Virus record (IMG/VR): IMGVR_UViG_3300010163_001998
Origin: an uncultured virus (IMG/VR IMGVR_UViG_3300010163_001998)
Lineage: Duplodnaviria; Heunggongvirae; Uroviricota; Caudoviricetes
Reading direction: 5' to 3' (one strand)
DNA length: 64,000 bases
Position numbers and translations under genes: made by a program. Positions 20,717 to 30,762 of the stretch are shown here, in pieces; position 1 is the stretch's first letter, and the number at the start of each line of letters is the position of its first letter. Below the pieces are notes generated by a model. The model saw nothing but the letters and a program-made list of their open reading frames with translations. It made no database searches and was not told the origin of the DNA.

Positions 20717-21585
20717 TGATAAAACTAATACAACATAAAGTAGGTAGCAATGAATTAACAAGCCAATTCACTAAGCTGAACGAATTGAAGCTAATAATAA
20801 ATAAAGAACTTATTGAGAAAGATATGAAGAGGCTTGATAAAGAACTAAAGGTTACAAGGAATAAATACAATAAGCATAACATAGAATGCTTGATAGTTTA
20901 TTTACAAAAGCTGTTAAAGAATATAAATGATGAATCAATATTAGAATTATGCTGGAGCATAAGTAAAAAAGATGATTTGCCATTTACTTATCCATTGCAA
21001 TTAATAAATGAGCCATTATACAGTATAAACATGGCTAACTACATTGAGGTAGATTCCAATGAAAAAATAATAGAATTAGATTTAACAGAATTATGTGATA
21101 TAATAGCCTTTGAGTTTATGTATAAGGATTTGGGAGAAACACATGATTCAATAGAAGAACTTCTACATAATTGTGGAATCATGGGTTTTGAGAAAGCAGA
21201 TATATTATTAAACTTCTTTAATAGTAATGGTGACAAGATATATGAATTAAGCAAAACAATGTTGATAGATGATTCACCTTATAAATCACCAGAAACAAAG
21301 AAAATTATAGACTACTTCCATACAAAAGAGTTCAAAGCAAAGGCGTACAGAGAAGTGATAGAATATTCTTGTAGATATGCAAGCACCATTATAATGAATT
21401 CAATTATAAAAAATGCTCTTCAAAATGGTATTGGTATTAAAGCATTGATGTGCAATGCAACTACAATAGCACTAATAGCTAATATCAGTAATGAAGTTGA
21501 TATAAATAAGCAGTTATTAGAAGAAATAACAATAAGAGTATTTGGTAGGCGTTTCACAGTAGAGCCTAAAATATCTATATTGTAA
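20716..21585 (+). CDS. Hypothetical protein, possibly a degenerate PolA polymerase domain
   Basis: KIIELDLTELCDIIA loosely matches PolA motif A; TAATG coupling to upstream gene. Confidence 0.6.
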   Translation: MIKLIQHKVGSNELTSQFTKLNELKLIINKELIEKDMKRLDKELKVTRNKYNKHNIECLIVYLQKLLKNINDESILELCWSISKKDDLPFTYPLQLINEPLYSINMANYIEVDSNEKIIELDLTELCDIIAFEFMYKDLGETHDSIEELLHNCGIMGFEKADILLNFFNSNGDKIYELSKTMLIDDSPYKSPETKKIIDYFHTKEFKAKAYREVIEYSCRYASTIIMNSIIKNALQNGIGIKALMCNATTIALIANISNEVDINKQLLEEITIRVFGRRFTVEPKISIL

Positions 21586-21607
21586 TATTACACGGAGGAA
21601 ATTGTAA

Positions 21608-22204
21608 ATGGAACAAACAACAAATAAAGATATAACAGTATATTGTCACTTCAGTTTTAAAAGGCCTAAAGGCAAAGATTATGGTTTGTTTGCAGTAGCA
21701 TTTTACTGGGATTTTGAAGGTAAAAAATTGGCAGCACAAGCAACAAGAAAATTTCCATTATGGAAAAATCACCAGTTTGTAACAGCCATACAGGCTTATG
21801 AACATGCTTTAAGTTCAATATACCAGTGGCAAGGTATTATGAGATCAAAAGGTATATCTACTGTTATGCTTGTAACTGATAATAGTACATTAGCAGGATG
21901 GATAGAAAACCCTAAGAAAAATAAGGCTTACACAGGTTATATGAATAAAGCGGTTGAAATGTATAGGGCAGGTGCTCCCAAGGAAATCACACTCAATATT
22001 GGTTTATGTGAAGTGAGAGACTATGAGAAGTCATATAAATACTGTAAAGAGGAAAAAGTAATAAATGATAATCCACCTGCCGTAGATAAGACTGAAGAGG
22101 GTGTACATGTAATTGATATAGATGCATCTAAATATAACACAATTACACAGGAAATTCAAAATAATCCTTCTACAGTAGAAATAGTAGGATTGGAACAAAC
22201 TTAA
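21608..22204 (+). CDS. RNase H-like fold protein, probably catalytically altered
   Basis: ITVYCHFSF...GLFAVAF; AIQAYEHAL; VMLVTDNSTLAGWI follow the RNase HI layout. Confidence 0.55.
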   Translation: MEQTTNKDITVYCHFSFKRPKGKDYGLFAVAFYWDFEGKKLAAQATRKFPLWKNHQFVTAIQAYEHALSSIYQWQGIMRSKGISTVMLVTDNSTLAGWIENPKKNKAYTGYMNKAVEMYRAGAPKEITLNIGLCEVRDYEKSYKYCKEEKVINDNPPAVDKTEEGVHVIDIDASKYNTITQEIQNNPSTVEIVGLEQT

Positions 22205-22224
22205 GAAAGCAAGAGGATAAAGAT

Positions 22225-22812
22225 ATGTCATGTAAGATTAGATGTGTCAATATAGACCATGCATTATTCATTGTTACAGGTATATCAGGAAGTGGTAAGA
22301 CTACACTAGCATTAAAAATGAAAGACTTCTTTAAATGCAAGTTATTGTCAGTTGATTCATATAAGGAATATGTATTTGACAAGTATGGATTTAAGAATGA
22401 TTACGAGAAAAGAATTTTAGATTCATTAGCTCATAATATATTCAAAGCAAAACTTATAAAGAATATGAGAAAGAAGAAGGATATTATAGTAGAATATCCT
22501 TTTAGCATCAATTGGCAAAATTTCTTTGTAACAGTAGCAAGAGAATACAAATATACTATAATAATAGTGAATTGTAATACAGAAGATTTCCAAGACATAT
22601 GGAACAGAAGGTTGAGCAGAGATAATAGTCAAGATAGACACAAGGGTTTAGTAGCTAAAGCATATATAAAAGATAAGTTATTTAAAGGTTCTAACGAATT
22701 GACAACTGGAAATAAAACCATACAAGAGAAATTCTATAACATAGGCAAGTATAATACATTGTATGGAAATTTTATATTCACTGATTCAGAGATGTATAAT
22801 ATTATACAATAA
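22225..22812 (+). CDS. P-loop nucleotide kinase-like protein (AAA_33-like)
   Basis: VTGISGSGKTTLA, LLSVD, RRLSRD lid. Confidence 0.8.
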   Translation: MSCKIRCVNIDHALFIVTGISGSGKTTLALKMKDFFKCKLLSVDSYKEYVFDKYGFKNDYEKRILDSLAHNIFKAKLIKNMRKKKDIIVEYPFSINWQNFFVTVAREYKYTIIIVNCNTEDFQDIWNRRLSRDNSQDRHKGLVAKAYIKDKLFKGSNELTTGNKTIQEKFYNIGKYNTLYGNFIFTDSEMYNIIQ

Positions 22813-22828
22813 TCAAAGGCTAGGCATA

Positions 22829-24316
22829 ATGGCAAAGAGAGACAACATAGCAGGATTGACATATGGTAATTGGGAAGTATTATATCCTGATCCAAATAAA
22901 AATAGATACTGGATTTGCAAGTGTAAATTGTGCAATACATTAAAAAGCGTGCATGTATGCTCATTAAAAAGTGGTAGGTCAACATCCTGTGGGTGTACAC
23001 ACCTTAATAATAAGATAAAAGGTAATATTATTGGTAATATGTATGGCAATTGGAAAGTTATAGGATATGCTGGTAATAATTTATGGACATGTGAATGCCA
23101 ATGTGAAGATAAAACAATAAAAAATATAGCTAAAGCAAATTTATTAAACGGAAAATCAAAATCATGTGGGTGCTTAAGAAGAAAGTTAGTTAGAGAAACT
23201 TTACTAACCAGATATGGCGAGACAAATACAACTAAAATGTATGATCAAAGAGAGCAGTGGCAAATAGATACATTAGAAAGTAAAGACTTATTAGGTAAAT
23301 ATATACTTGAGCAATTTAATGGTATAAGACCAACATTTTTGCAATTAAGCAGAAAATTAGGTGTAAGTAGACATACTATATCTGTAAAAATACATAAATA
23401 CCAGATGGAAAATTTTGTAACAATTGATCCATTAGTGTCTGATGCAGAATTAGAACTTTTACAGTTTGTAAAATATAATACAAGCTGTAAAATAGAGAGT
23501 AATACAAGAACAATAATACCTCCTTATGAATTAGACATATACATACCAGATAAAAAATTGGCATTAGAGTATAATGGTACATATTGGCACTCAACAGAGA
23601 AAATAGATGTAAAATACCATCAGAAAAAGACAATAGCCTGTGCAAAACAAGGTATAAGGCTTATTCATATATTTGAGTATGAATGGAAAGATAAAATAAA
23701 AAAGGAAAAAATAAAAGATTACATTTATAATATATTAAATGACAATAAGATTAAAATATATGCAAGAAAAACAAAAGTAAAAGTTTTAAGCAATAGTAAT
23801 ATAAAAGAATTTTATGATAAATACCATTTTCAAAATTCGATAAATTCAAGTATAAACTTAGCATTAACAACTAATGACGAGATAATAGCAGCCATGAGTT
23901 TTAGTGTTCCAAGATTCAATTCAGAATATCAGTATGAACTAACAAGACTATGTATAAAAACCAATTACATAATTGTTGGTGGCACTGAAAAATTATTCAC
24001 ATACTTTATAAAAAACTATAGTCCAAAATCAATAATTACTTACACAGACATAAGTAAATTTACAGGCAATGTATATTTAAAATTAGGGTTTAGACCTATA
24101 CAACCAGAACCAATTACTGAACCAAATTATGTCTGGGTAGAAAAAGATAAAAATATAGTTTTATCAAGATACCAAACTCAAAAGCATAAACTGATAGAGG
24201 CTAAATTGGGTAAAGAGGAGCAAACAGAAGATGAAATTATGGAATTTATGGGATATTTTAAAGTATGCGACAGTGGAAATATAAGATTAGCTTGGTATAA
24301 AGACACTAAAATTTAA
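22829..24316 (+). CDS. Second nuclease + Mom-like GNAT protein (paralog of 1466..3067), with HTH
   Basis: WICKCKLC/WTCECQC repeats; QLSRKLGVSRHTIS; ELDIYIPDKKLALEYNGTYWH; YELTRLC...IITYTDISKFTGNVYLKLGF; ATG 22829 avoids overlap with upstream gene. Confidence 0.75.
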   Translation: MAKRDNIAGLTYGNWEVLYPDPNKNRYWICKCKLCNTLKSVHVCSLKSGRSTSCGCTHLNNKIKGNIIGNMYGNWKVIGYAGNNLWTCECQCEDKTIKNIAKANLLNGKSKSCGCLRRKLVRETLLTRYGETNTTKMYDQREQWQIDTLESKDLLGKYILEQFNGIRPTFLQLSRKLGVSRHTISVKIHKYQMENFVTIDPLVSDAELELLQFVKYNTSCKIESNTRTIIPPYELDIYIPDKKLALEYNGTYWHSTEKIDVKYHQKKTIACAKQGIRLIHIFEYEWKDKIKKEKIKDYIYNILNDNKIKIYARKTKVKVLSNSNIKEFYDKYHFQNSINSSINLALTTNDEIIAAMSFSVPRFNSEYQYELTRLCIKTNYIIVGGTEKLFTYFIKNYSPKSIITYTDISKFTGNVYLKLGFRPIQPEPITEPNYVWVEKDKNIVLSRYQTQKHKLIEAKLGKEEQTEDEIMEFMGYFKVCDSGNIRLAWYKDTKI

Positions 24317-24352
24317 AAGAGAGATTTTTTAATTTTGTTAAGGAGAAACAAA

Positions 24353-27300
24353 ATGTTTACCAGAGGAGAATTTACAACTAATAATATTACATATGGAGTA
24401 ATAATGAATCATACAAAATTAGCTACTGAGGCGATACTTATTACTTCTGGTACTGTAGTATCAGCTTATAAGACAGACGCAACAGGTAGCTACAGTTATA
24501 ATAATGTAAAAGCAAAGGAATTTGTAAAAATTATACAGGCTGGGACTAAAGGGTGTAATAGTAAAAACTCTACACCAATGCCATTTGAATTAGGGGCAAT
24601 GACACAGCATGAATTTATAAAAGCAAAAGTAGAATATGTTATGCAGATGCATAAAGGAGAAGTATGTGGAGCATATATTCAGTCTGACAAAGCCAGAATT
24701 GAAATAAGCTATATAAAAAATGCAGTTATACCAGATAATATTCCATATGTTAAACTCATGGAAATTTCTAAGCAAGATTTTGATGTGGCAGAGGATGACC
24801 TGGATTCTATACCAGTACGTTCAGTTCAAGAAATAGCACTTGAGAAAGAGGATTTAACATGGTTACAAAATAAGAAATATTATATAGTTAATGATGATGA
24901 AACAGCAGAAAAGATATTTACATTCTTAGATAATTACAATGGCATAATAGCATACGATACAGAGACCACTGGTCTACGTATAAATTGCTTTAGTAAAATA
25001 AATAGCAGCTATGCTAAATCATTGGAACAATACAATAAAGATAATCCAAATGATCAGATACGTTCCGATAGATTAGTGGGTATCATTTTCTGTGTTGAAA
25101 ATGACGTATCCTATTATTTTCCATGCTTTAACAGAAAATTTAAAAATCTTTATGAAGATTTAAGTAGTCCAATAAGAAATAAAATAATAAACAACATAAA
25201 ATCAAGATATACAGTAGGAGATTTAAAAGATTATAATGAAGACATGAAAGATTATGTATTAAATACTCCTGCTGATGAATTTAGACTTGATGTAATTTTA
25301 ATGGAGCGTGTTAGGAATATATTATCTAATAAACACTTAGTAGCTCATAACGGAGCATTCGAGTGGAAAGTTGGATGGTGCTTCGAGATAGATACAAACA
25401 TACAAGATGACACTATGCTTATGCATCAGCTTATGTATAAATTTCGTTCAACTACGTCTAACAGAGGCGAGCCTTCAAACTTGAAATACTTGGCTAAGCG
25501 TGAACTTGGAGTAGATCAGTGGGAATTGACTGACTTCTTTCCTGACTTAAAAGAGGATACTACAGGAACCGTTCGTGCAAGGGCAACTGGTAAGAAAAAG
25601 AAGAAAAAATCAATTAAGATAGACTTCTCATATATGGATTATGAAGGTACAAAGGTTTATGCACCTACTGATGGAGATGTAACATTTCAACTGTTTAATT
25701 TATACAAAAAAGATATGGTAGAAAACCATAAAGAGATGGAATACATATACTCAGTAGAGGTTATAGTATCTTGTGCAATAGCATATATGGAATTCTATGG
25801 GCATAGAATAGATGAAAGCAAGATATTAGGTGCACGTGAACAAACACGGGCTAATATTCATATACTTATATCTGAAATAAGACAATTAATAAATTATAGT
25901 AATCAAGATGAATTAGATGCATACAATGATCTTAAAGAATTAATCAGTAATATTAATAAAGAAAAAGATGAAATCAAGCATGAGAAGTTAATATCTCAAT
26001 TATCTGAATTTACAGATAAATTAAAAGAGGCAATAGATAACAATAAGGAAAAAGAGATTAATTTAGCATCTCCAGCTCAGGTAGCAGACTTATTTTATAA
26101 TAAGCTTAATATACCTGTACCTGGAGATAAGCAGTCAGTAGCTAAAAAGGAAATAAAAGCTTTACTTAAAGAAAAAGATGATGAGGGTAATCCTAAGTAT
26201 CCAGTCGTTCATTTGTACAGTAAATACAAGAATGAGGATACACTACTTGTAAAATTCTTTGATAACTTACCATATTTTATGTATCCAGGCGGATATATTT
26301 TTAGTAGCTATGGACAAATTTCAACAGCTACTGGTAGAATGAGTTGTTCAAAACCCAATGCTCAGCAATATCCAAAAATAATAGCAAAGATTGTTGTTCC
26401 AAGACCTGGGTATGTTATGCTAGATGCAGACTACTCACAGATTGAATATAGAGTACTTACAGCATTAGCTAAAAATGATGGTCTAGCAAAATTATTCTCA
26501 GACCCAGATAGTGACTATCATACATTGATGGCATCATTGATGTACAGTGTAGATTATTCTTCAGTTACACCAGCCATGAGAAGTGCAGCTAAATCGTTTA
26601 ATTTTGGTATACCATATGGTATGGGACTTGGTAGTCTTGCTATATTGTTAACTGGTAAAAACACTGCTCAAACTAGAGATGAGGCAGCAGAAAAGTATGA
26701 ACTATATTTTGCCAATCAGCCAAAGACGCGTAAGTTTTTTGACAACATCAAAGAGATGGCTCAAATAAACAAGTTTACAAAAACATTGTTTAACAGATAT
26801 AGATATTATTCATTTACAGACAAAGATGGTAATATAAACAGAGCATTAAAAGCATCAGCGCTAAGACAAGCAGGAAATGCAGTTATACAAGGATGCTTAG
26901 GAGGAAACACCAGAATACAGACTAAAGAATTTGGTATAGTCAAGATAAAAGATTATGCTGGATACGATAGGGTACACATATGGAATGGAGACAAATGGGC
27001 ATTAGGAGATATCACATATTCTGGCAAGAAACAGAAGTGCATTGTAAAATTTACAAATGGACAGCAGTTTATATGCAGCCCAATTCATAAATTCCTTACA
27101 GGAGAGAGTAGTAAGTCAAATAAGGTTTATATTGAATGTAAGAATTTAAAGAATGGTATGCTTATAAACATAAATCATAACAGTGACTTAAAGATAGAAG
27201 ACTATGAGAATACCAGTCTAGGCATAGAAGTAGAATCAGTAGAAATAACTGATGAATACATTGATATGTATGATGTATGCAATACAGATGGTGGTTACTA

Positions 27301-28441
27301 CGTAGCAGATGGTATAATTACACATAATACTGCAGCAGACATATTTAAGATAGGTGTAGCACGTAACTTTAATTTCATACGTAGAAATAAATTATATGGA
27401 AAAATGTTAATAATTAACATGATACATGATGAACAACTCATTGAAGTAGACGTACAACACCTAAATATGCAAAGAGTATTAGCAGAGGTAGGAAAGAACA
27501 TGCAATTTAGTATAGATGGATTTCCACCATTATATATAGGTGCTGGCATTGGACCTGCATGGGGATATGCAAAAGGAAAGATGGCAGAGATTCATCCTTT
27601 ATTGCTTGAAAGAATGACTAAAGAGGCAGAAAATATTCCTCTGTATCGTGAAGATTGTTCAACACCAGTTGATACTGAAGCAATATTAAAAGAATTTCAT
27701 GATAGAGTATATGAGTTTAGACGTAAGAAAGTGGCAGACTACTTGTCTAATCCAGATAATTGGTATAAGGACATTCACCCTGCAATAGGTGGTTTAATCA
27801 ACTTGCAATTTAACTATGGGCGTGGCGATGATGCTAAGTCATACATTGGACCAAATGGTGAGACATACAGTGATAGCGAATTCTTAGCATTGAATATAAG
27901 TGATTTCTTAAAAGAAAATAATATAGATGCTAAAGCAGAATACTTTAAGGCAAATGAAACAATGTCACAGCAGTCTAAAGAAGATAAGGAAAAAGAGGAC
28001 CTTGAGTATAATGATGGTGATGAGGATGATGACATTGATATGTTAGATGACTCATCAGACACTCAAATATTCTCACAAGTAGATGAGAGCAATAAAATGT
28101 TTGGTTCAAGCCTACATGATTTAATAGGTATATTTGGTGCATGTGTGTTAGAGCAACAAAAAATATGCGGTATAGACACAAGAAATATGTATTTCAAAAA
28201 GAAGGATGCTATAATAGATTATCTAATGCATTATATATGTGATGAAAATGATGAAGGAGCACTACAAATTGTATTCCTAACAGATGCAAATGTACTAAAT
28301 TACACTGGAATTTATGTGAAGGGAATAGTGGCATCTAAATTTGAAGCACAATATAAAGCATTACTTGCTTCAGAAAAGGCTGGGAGCAATGAGAACCTGT
28401 ATAAAGATGGAGATATAGACAACAGAAGTCAGGCTAAATAA
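24353..28441 (+). CDS. polA: Family A DNA polymerase with 3'-5' exonuclease and an intein
   Basis: AYDTETTGL, HNGAFE; motif A DADYSQIEYR; motif B RSAAKSFNFGIPYG; motif C IHDE; AAGGAG RBS before ATG 24353. Confidence 0.95.
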   Translation: MFTRGEFTTNNITYGVIMNHTKLATEAILITSGTVVSAYKTDATGSYSYNNVKAKEFVKIIQAGTKGCNSKNSTPMPFELGAMTQHEFIKAKVEYVMQMHKGEVCGAYIQSDKARIEISYIKNAVIPDNIPYVKLMEISKQDFDVAEDDLDSIPVRSVQEIALEKEDLTWLQNKKYYIVNDDETAEKIFTFLDNYNGIIAYDTETTGLRINCFSKINSSYAKSLEQYNKDNPNDQIRSDRLVGIIFCVENDVSYYFPCFNRKFKNLYEDLSSPIRNKIINNIKSRYTVGDLKDYNEDMKDYVLNTPADEFRLDVILMERVRNILSNKHLVAHNGAFEWKVGWCFEIDTNIQDDTMLMHQLMYKFRSTTSNRGEPSNLKYLAKRELGVDQWELTDFFPDLKEDTTGTVRARATGKKKKKKSIKIDFSYMDYEGTKVYAPTDGDVTFQLFNLYKKDMVENHKEMEYIYSVEVIVSCAIAYMEFYGHRIDESKILGAREQTRANIHILISEIRQLINYSNQDELDAYNDLKELISNINKEKDEIKHEKLISQLSEFTDKLKEAIDNNKEKEINLASPAQVADLFYNKLNIPVPGDKQSVAKKEIKALLKEKDDEGNPKYPVVHLYSKYKNEDTLLVKFFDNLPYFMYPGGYIFSSYGQISTATGRMSCSKPNAQQYPKIIAKIVVPRPGYVMLDADYSQIEYRVLTALAKNDGLAKLFSDPDSDYHTLMASLMYSVDYSSVTPAMRSAAKSFNFGIPYGMGLGSLAILLTGKNTAQTRDEAAEKYELYFANQPKTRKFFDNIKEMAQINKFTKTLFNRYRYYSFTDKDGNINRALKASALRQAGNAVIQGCLGGNTRIQTKEFGIVKIKDYAGYDRVHIWNGDKWALGDITYSGKKQKCIVKFTNGQQFICSPIHKFLTGESSKSNKVYIECKNLKNGMLININHNSDLKIEDYENTSLGIEVESVEITDEYIDMYDVCNTDGGYYVADGIITHNTAADIFKIGVARNFNFIRRNKLYGKMLIINMIHDEQLIEVDVQHLNMQRVLAEVGKNMQFSIDGFPPLYIGAGIGPAWGYAKGKMAEIHPLLLERMTKEAENIPLYREDCSTPVDTEAILKEFHDRVYEFRRKKVADYLSNPDNWYKDIHPAIGGLINLQFNYGRGDDAKSYIGPNGETYSDSEFLALNISDFLKENNIDAKAEYFKANETMSQQSKEDKEKEDLEYNDGDEDDDIDMLDDSSDTQIFSQVDESNKMFGSSLHDLIGIFGACVLEQQKICGIDTRNMYFKKKDAIIDYLMHYICDENDEGALQIVFLTDANVLNYTGIYVKGIVASKFEAQYKALLASEKAGSNENLYKDGDIDNRSQAK
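26894..27328 (+). mobile_element. 145-aa mini-intein in PolA
   Basis: NAVIQG | CLGGNTRI...CSPIHKF...MYDV...YYVADGIITHN | TAADIFK; no endonuclease domain. Confidence 0.92.
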
Positions 28442-28468
28442 CATTAAGAATGCGAGTGGTTTTATAAT

Positions 28469-28933
28469 ATGGATAATATGTCAATAAAACTGTTTAAGAA
28501 TGAATCTGATGTGGTAACAATGCCAAGTATAGGTTTAACTCAAACAGCTGAACAAGCTTCATTAGTTTCTGAAGATATAAAAACTGAACTAGCAAAAGAA
28601 ACTATAAAGACGATACGATTAAAAGAGGATACTGAAATAGACCTAGACAATTTCATATTAGACTTATCAGACATAGATCAAGTAACATCATCACAAAAAG
28701 AAGTTATAAAGGCTTTATTATCAAAGCATGGCGCTGTATCAATTTATTTATACAAAAAACAAGGATTGATAAAGCTTGGAGTAGGTGAGAAGTATGAACT
28801 TGAAAGGATATTGCCCTTGATAAAATTCTATGTGTTCAATAATGAAATAAAAATATACAAGAATTTTAAAAAGGGTAGTCCTATAGAAGAAGTTGATACC
28901 AAAGATATAACTAAACTTAGACTTCATTTATAA
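28469..28933 (+). CDS. Hypothetical protein
   Basis: 154-aa ORF directly after polA. Confidence 0.75.
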   Translation: MDNMSIKLFKNESDVVTMPSIGLTQTAEQASLVSEDIKTELAKETIKTIRLKEDTEIDLDNFILDLSDIDQVTSSQKEVIKALLSKHGAVSIYLYKKQGLIKLGVGEKYELERILPLIKFYVFNNEIKIYKNFKKGSPIEEVDTKDITKLRLHL

Positions 28934-29003
28934 AGTATAAGTCAGTAATTTGGGCATTGAATTATAGCTGCTATGTTTTTATTTAATATTTAATTGGAAT
29001 GAA

Positions 29004-29402
29004 ATGGAGAATACACATATGGACAATAAAATAAGCATGGATAAAATAATGCAGGCTTCCTTAGGAGAAGTATCTAACAAGTTAAATGTAACATTCAAAA
29101 AGACAGTGTTAATTCGAGATTACGAAACAGAAGTAATAGAATCAACAACAAGTGTGGAATTAGAACATCCGATTTCTGGAATAGAAAGAATGTTTATTAC
29201 AGCTATACTTGAAATACAGATGGAATATACAGCTTATATAAACTTAACAGCAAAGGGATTAGTAACACAATCACAATTTGCCCAGAGAAAGCAAATGCTA
29301 GAAGAGGGATTATACAGTATAAAATTTAAGGCTGACCAAATACTTGGTGAAGGGGTTATTAATAAATATATTGACTATGATAATTTAGAAAAGGTAGGAT
29401 AA
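29004..29402 (+). CDS. Hypothetical protein
   Basis: 132-aa ORF in operon. Confidence 0.75.
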   Translation: MENTHMDNKISMDKIMQASLGEVSNKLNVTFKKTVLIRDYETEVIESTTSVELEHPISGIERMFITAILEIQMEYTAYINLTAKGLVTQSQFAQRKQMLEEGLYSIKFKADQILGEGVINKYIDYDNLEKVG

Positions 29403-29410
29403 GAAGTTAA

Positions 29411-29659
29411 ATGTTTCAAGGACATAAGTTTATTAAGCTAATAAACGAAGATTGGGTTCTTGACTTAACAGAATATGTGGGGTATAAAGTAAAAACTAAC
29501 GACGACTTAGAAGTCATAGACTATAAACAAGCTTTTGATGCAGTTGTCGTTGGGGGTGAGATAATAATTGAAAAATATATGAGGGTACCAGTAAAGGTGT
29601 TACGAGAAGCAGCTAATTTCATAAGAAAATACGAAAAGAATAATGGTGTACTACAATGA
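29411..29659 (+). CDS. Hypothetical protein
   Basis: 82-aa ORF with ATGA overlap into the primase gene. Confidence 0.7.
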   Translation: MFQGHKFIKLINEDWVLDLTEYVGYKVKTNDDLEVIDYKQAFDAVVVGGEIIIEKYMRVPVKVLREAANFIRKYEKNNGVLQ

Positions 29660-30453
29660 GCAATAGTTTAGACAATACATTGTTAGAGATGAATAGATAC
29701 ACTCAAGCATTAACAGGATATGTAAATGCATTAAAACAAAGAGCAAATGATAAGATGTTAGAGAACTTTGCTGAAATTAGAAAGATGCCTTTGGATATAA
29801 TAAAGTACTCTGATATTTTTTATATAGGAGATGCAACAGAAATGTTGATACCCTCATATTTAGGTCAAGTAGAAGAGTTTGGAGTAATATCACCAACTAA
29901 TAAAAAGCCTATCTTCCATAATAGGTATGTTATACCTATTAAAGATACAGATGGGAACATACTCAACCTTGTGGGTTATAGTAAAGAAGCAGATGAAAGA
30001 TATGTATATGGGACTGCAAGATATTATAGACGTAGAGAAACAATGTATGGTCTAGAGAACTTAAGATTAGCATACCAACTAGGATTTGCTATACTTACAG
30101 AAGGTATCACAGATGCAATAAGGGTAAGAAGTTTAGGTTTTTTAAATACTTTTGCAAACTGCGGAACACATAAATCTGACTTTATAATGAAACAGTTAAA
30201 CCGTTGTAGATACGGAGTAATTAAGATACCAGATAGGGATGCAGCTGGACAAAGAGCACTTAAAGGTTGGAAATGCAATAGAAGTATAACATTAAACACA
30301 TTTGTAAGTTATAAGGATATTGATGAAATGTGTAAAGACTCTGACGAAAACATAGATATAGTAAAAGAATATTTGAATATCTGTGTAGATTGGATTAAGT
30401 CATCAGAACATAGAGGTAAAAGCTTTATAAATGAAGTGATAACCATTCAATAA
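29656..30453 (+). CDS. dnaG: DnaG-type primase catalytic core/TOPRIM lacking zinc finger
   Basis: FHNRYVIPIKD, MYGL, ILTEGITDA, PDRDAAG, KDIDE. Confidence 0.85.
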   Translation: MSNSLDNTLLEMNRYTQALTGYVNALKQRANDKMLENFAEIRKMPLDIIKYSDIFYIGDATEMLIPSYLGQVEEFGVISPTNKKPIFHNRYVIPIKDTDGNILNLVGYSKEADERYVYGTARYYRRRETMYGLENLRLAYQLGFAILTEGITDAIRVRSLGFLNTFANCGTHKSDFIMKQLNRCRYGVIKIPDRDAAGQRALKGWKCNRSITLNTFVSYKDIDEMCKDSDENIDIVKEYLNICVDWIKSSEHRGKSFINEVITIQ

Positions 30454-30684
30454 AAATAAACATAGAATTGGACAGTTGAAAATATAAGATGAACATTGAA
30501 AGAAATAAAATAACTAGTTAGCAAAAAGCAATTACCAAGCTTTAGGCATTGAAATAGGAAAGAAAGATTTTTAATAATTGATAAATTCATGTTTGAAAGA
30601 GCATGTGTTTATAAACTACCTGCAAGGATAATAATTTATTTACAATTAAAATCTTTGCAAAAACAATTTTATATTAGGAGAGGC

Positions 30685-30744
30685 GTGGAACGTATGGGTC
30701 CACAAAACGCAAAAGCACAATGTAACAACAAAACGCAACAGTAG
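30685..30744 (+). CDS. Putative 19-aa leader peptide upstream of the SSB-like gene
   Basis: AGGAGAGG then GTG...TAG (MERMGPQNAKAQCNNKTQQ); stop abuts the next RBS. Confidence 0.3.
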   Translation: MERMGPQNAKAQCNNKTQQ

Positions 30745-30762
30745 AAAAGGAGAGACAAAATT

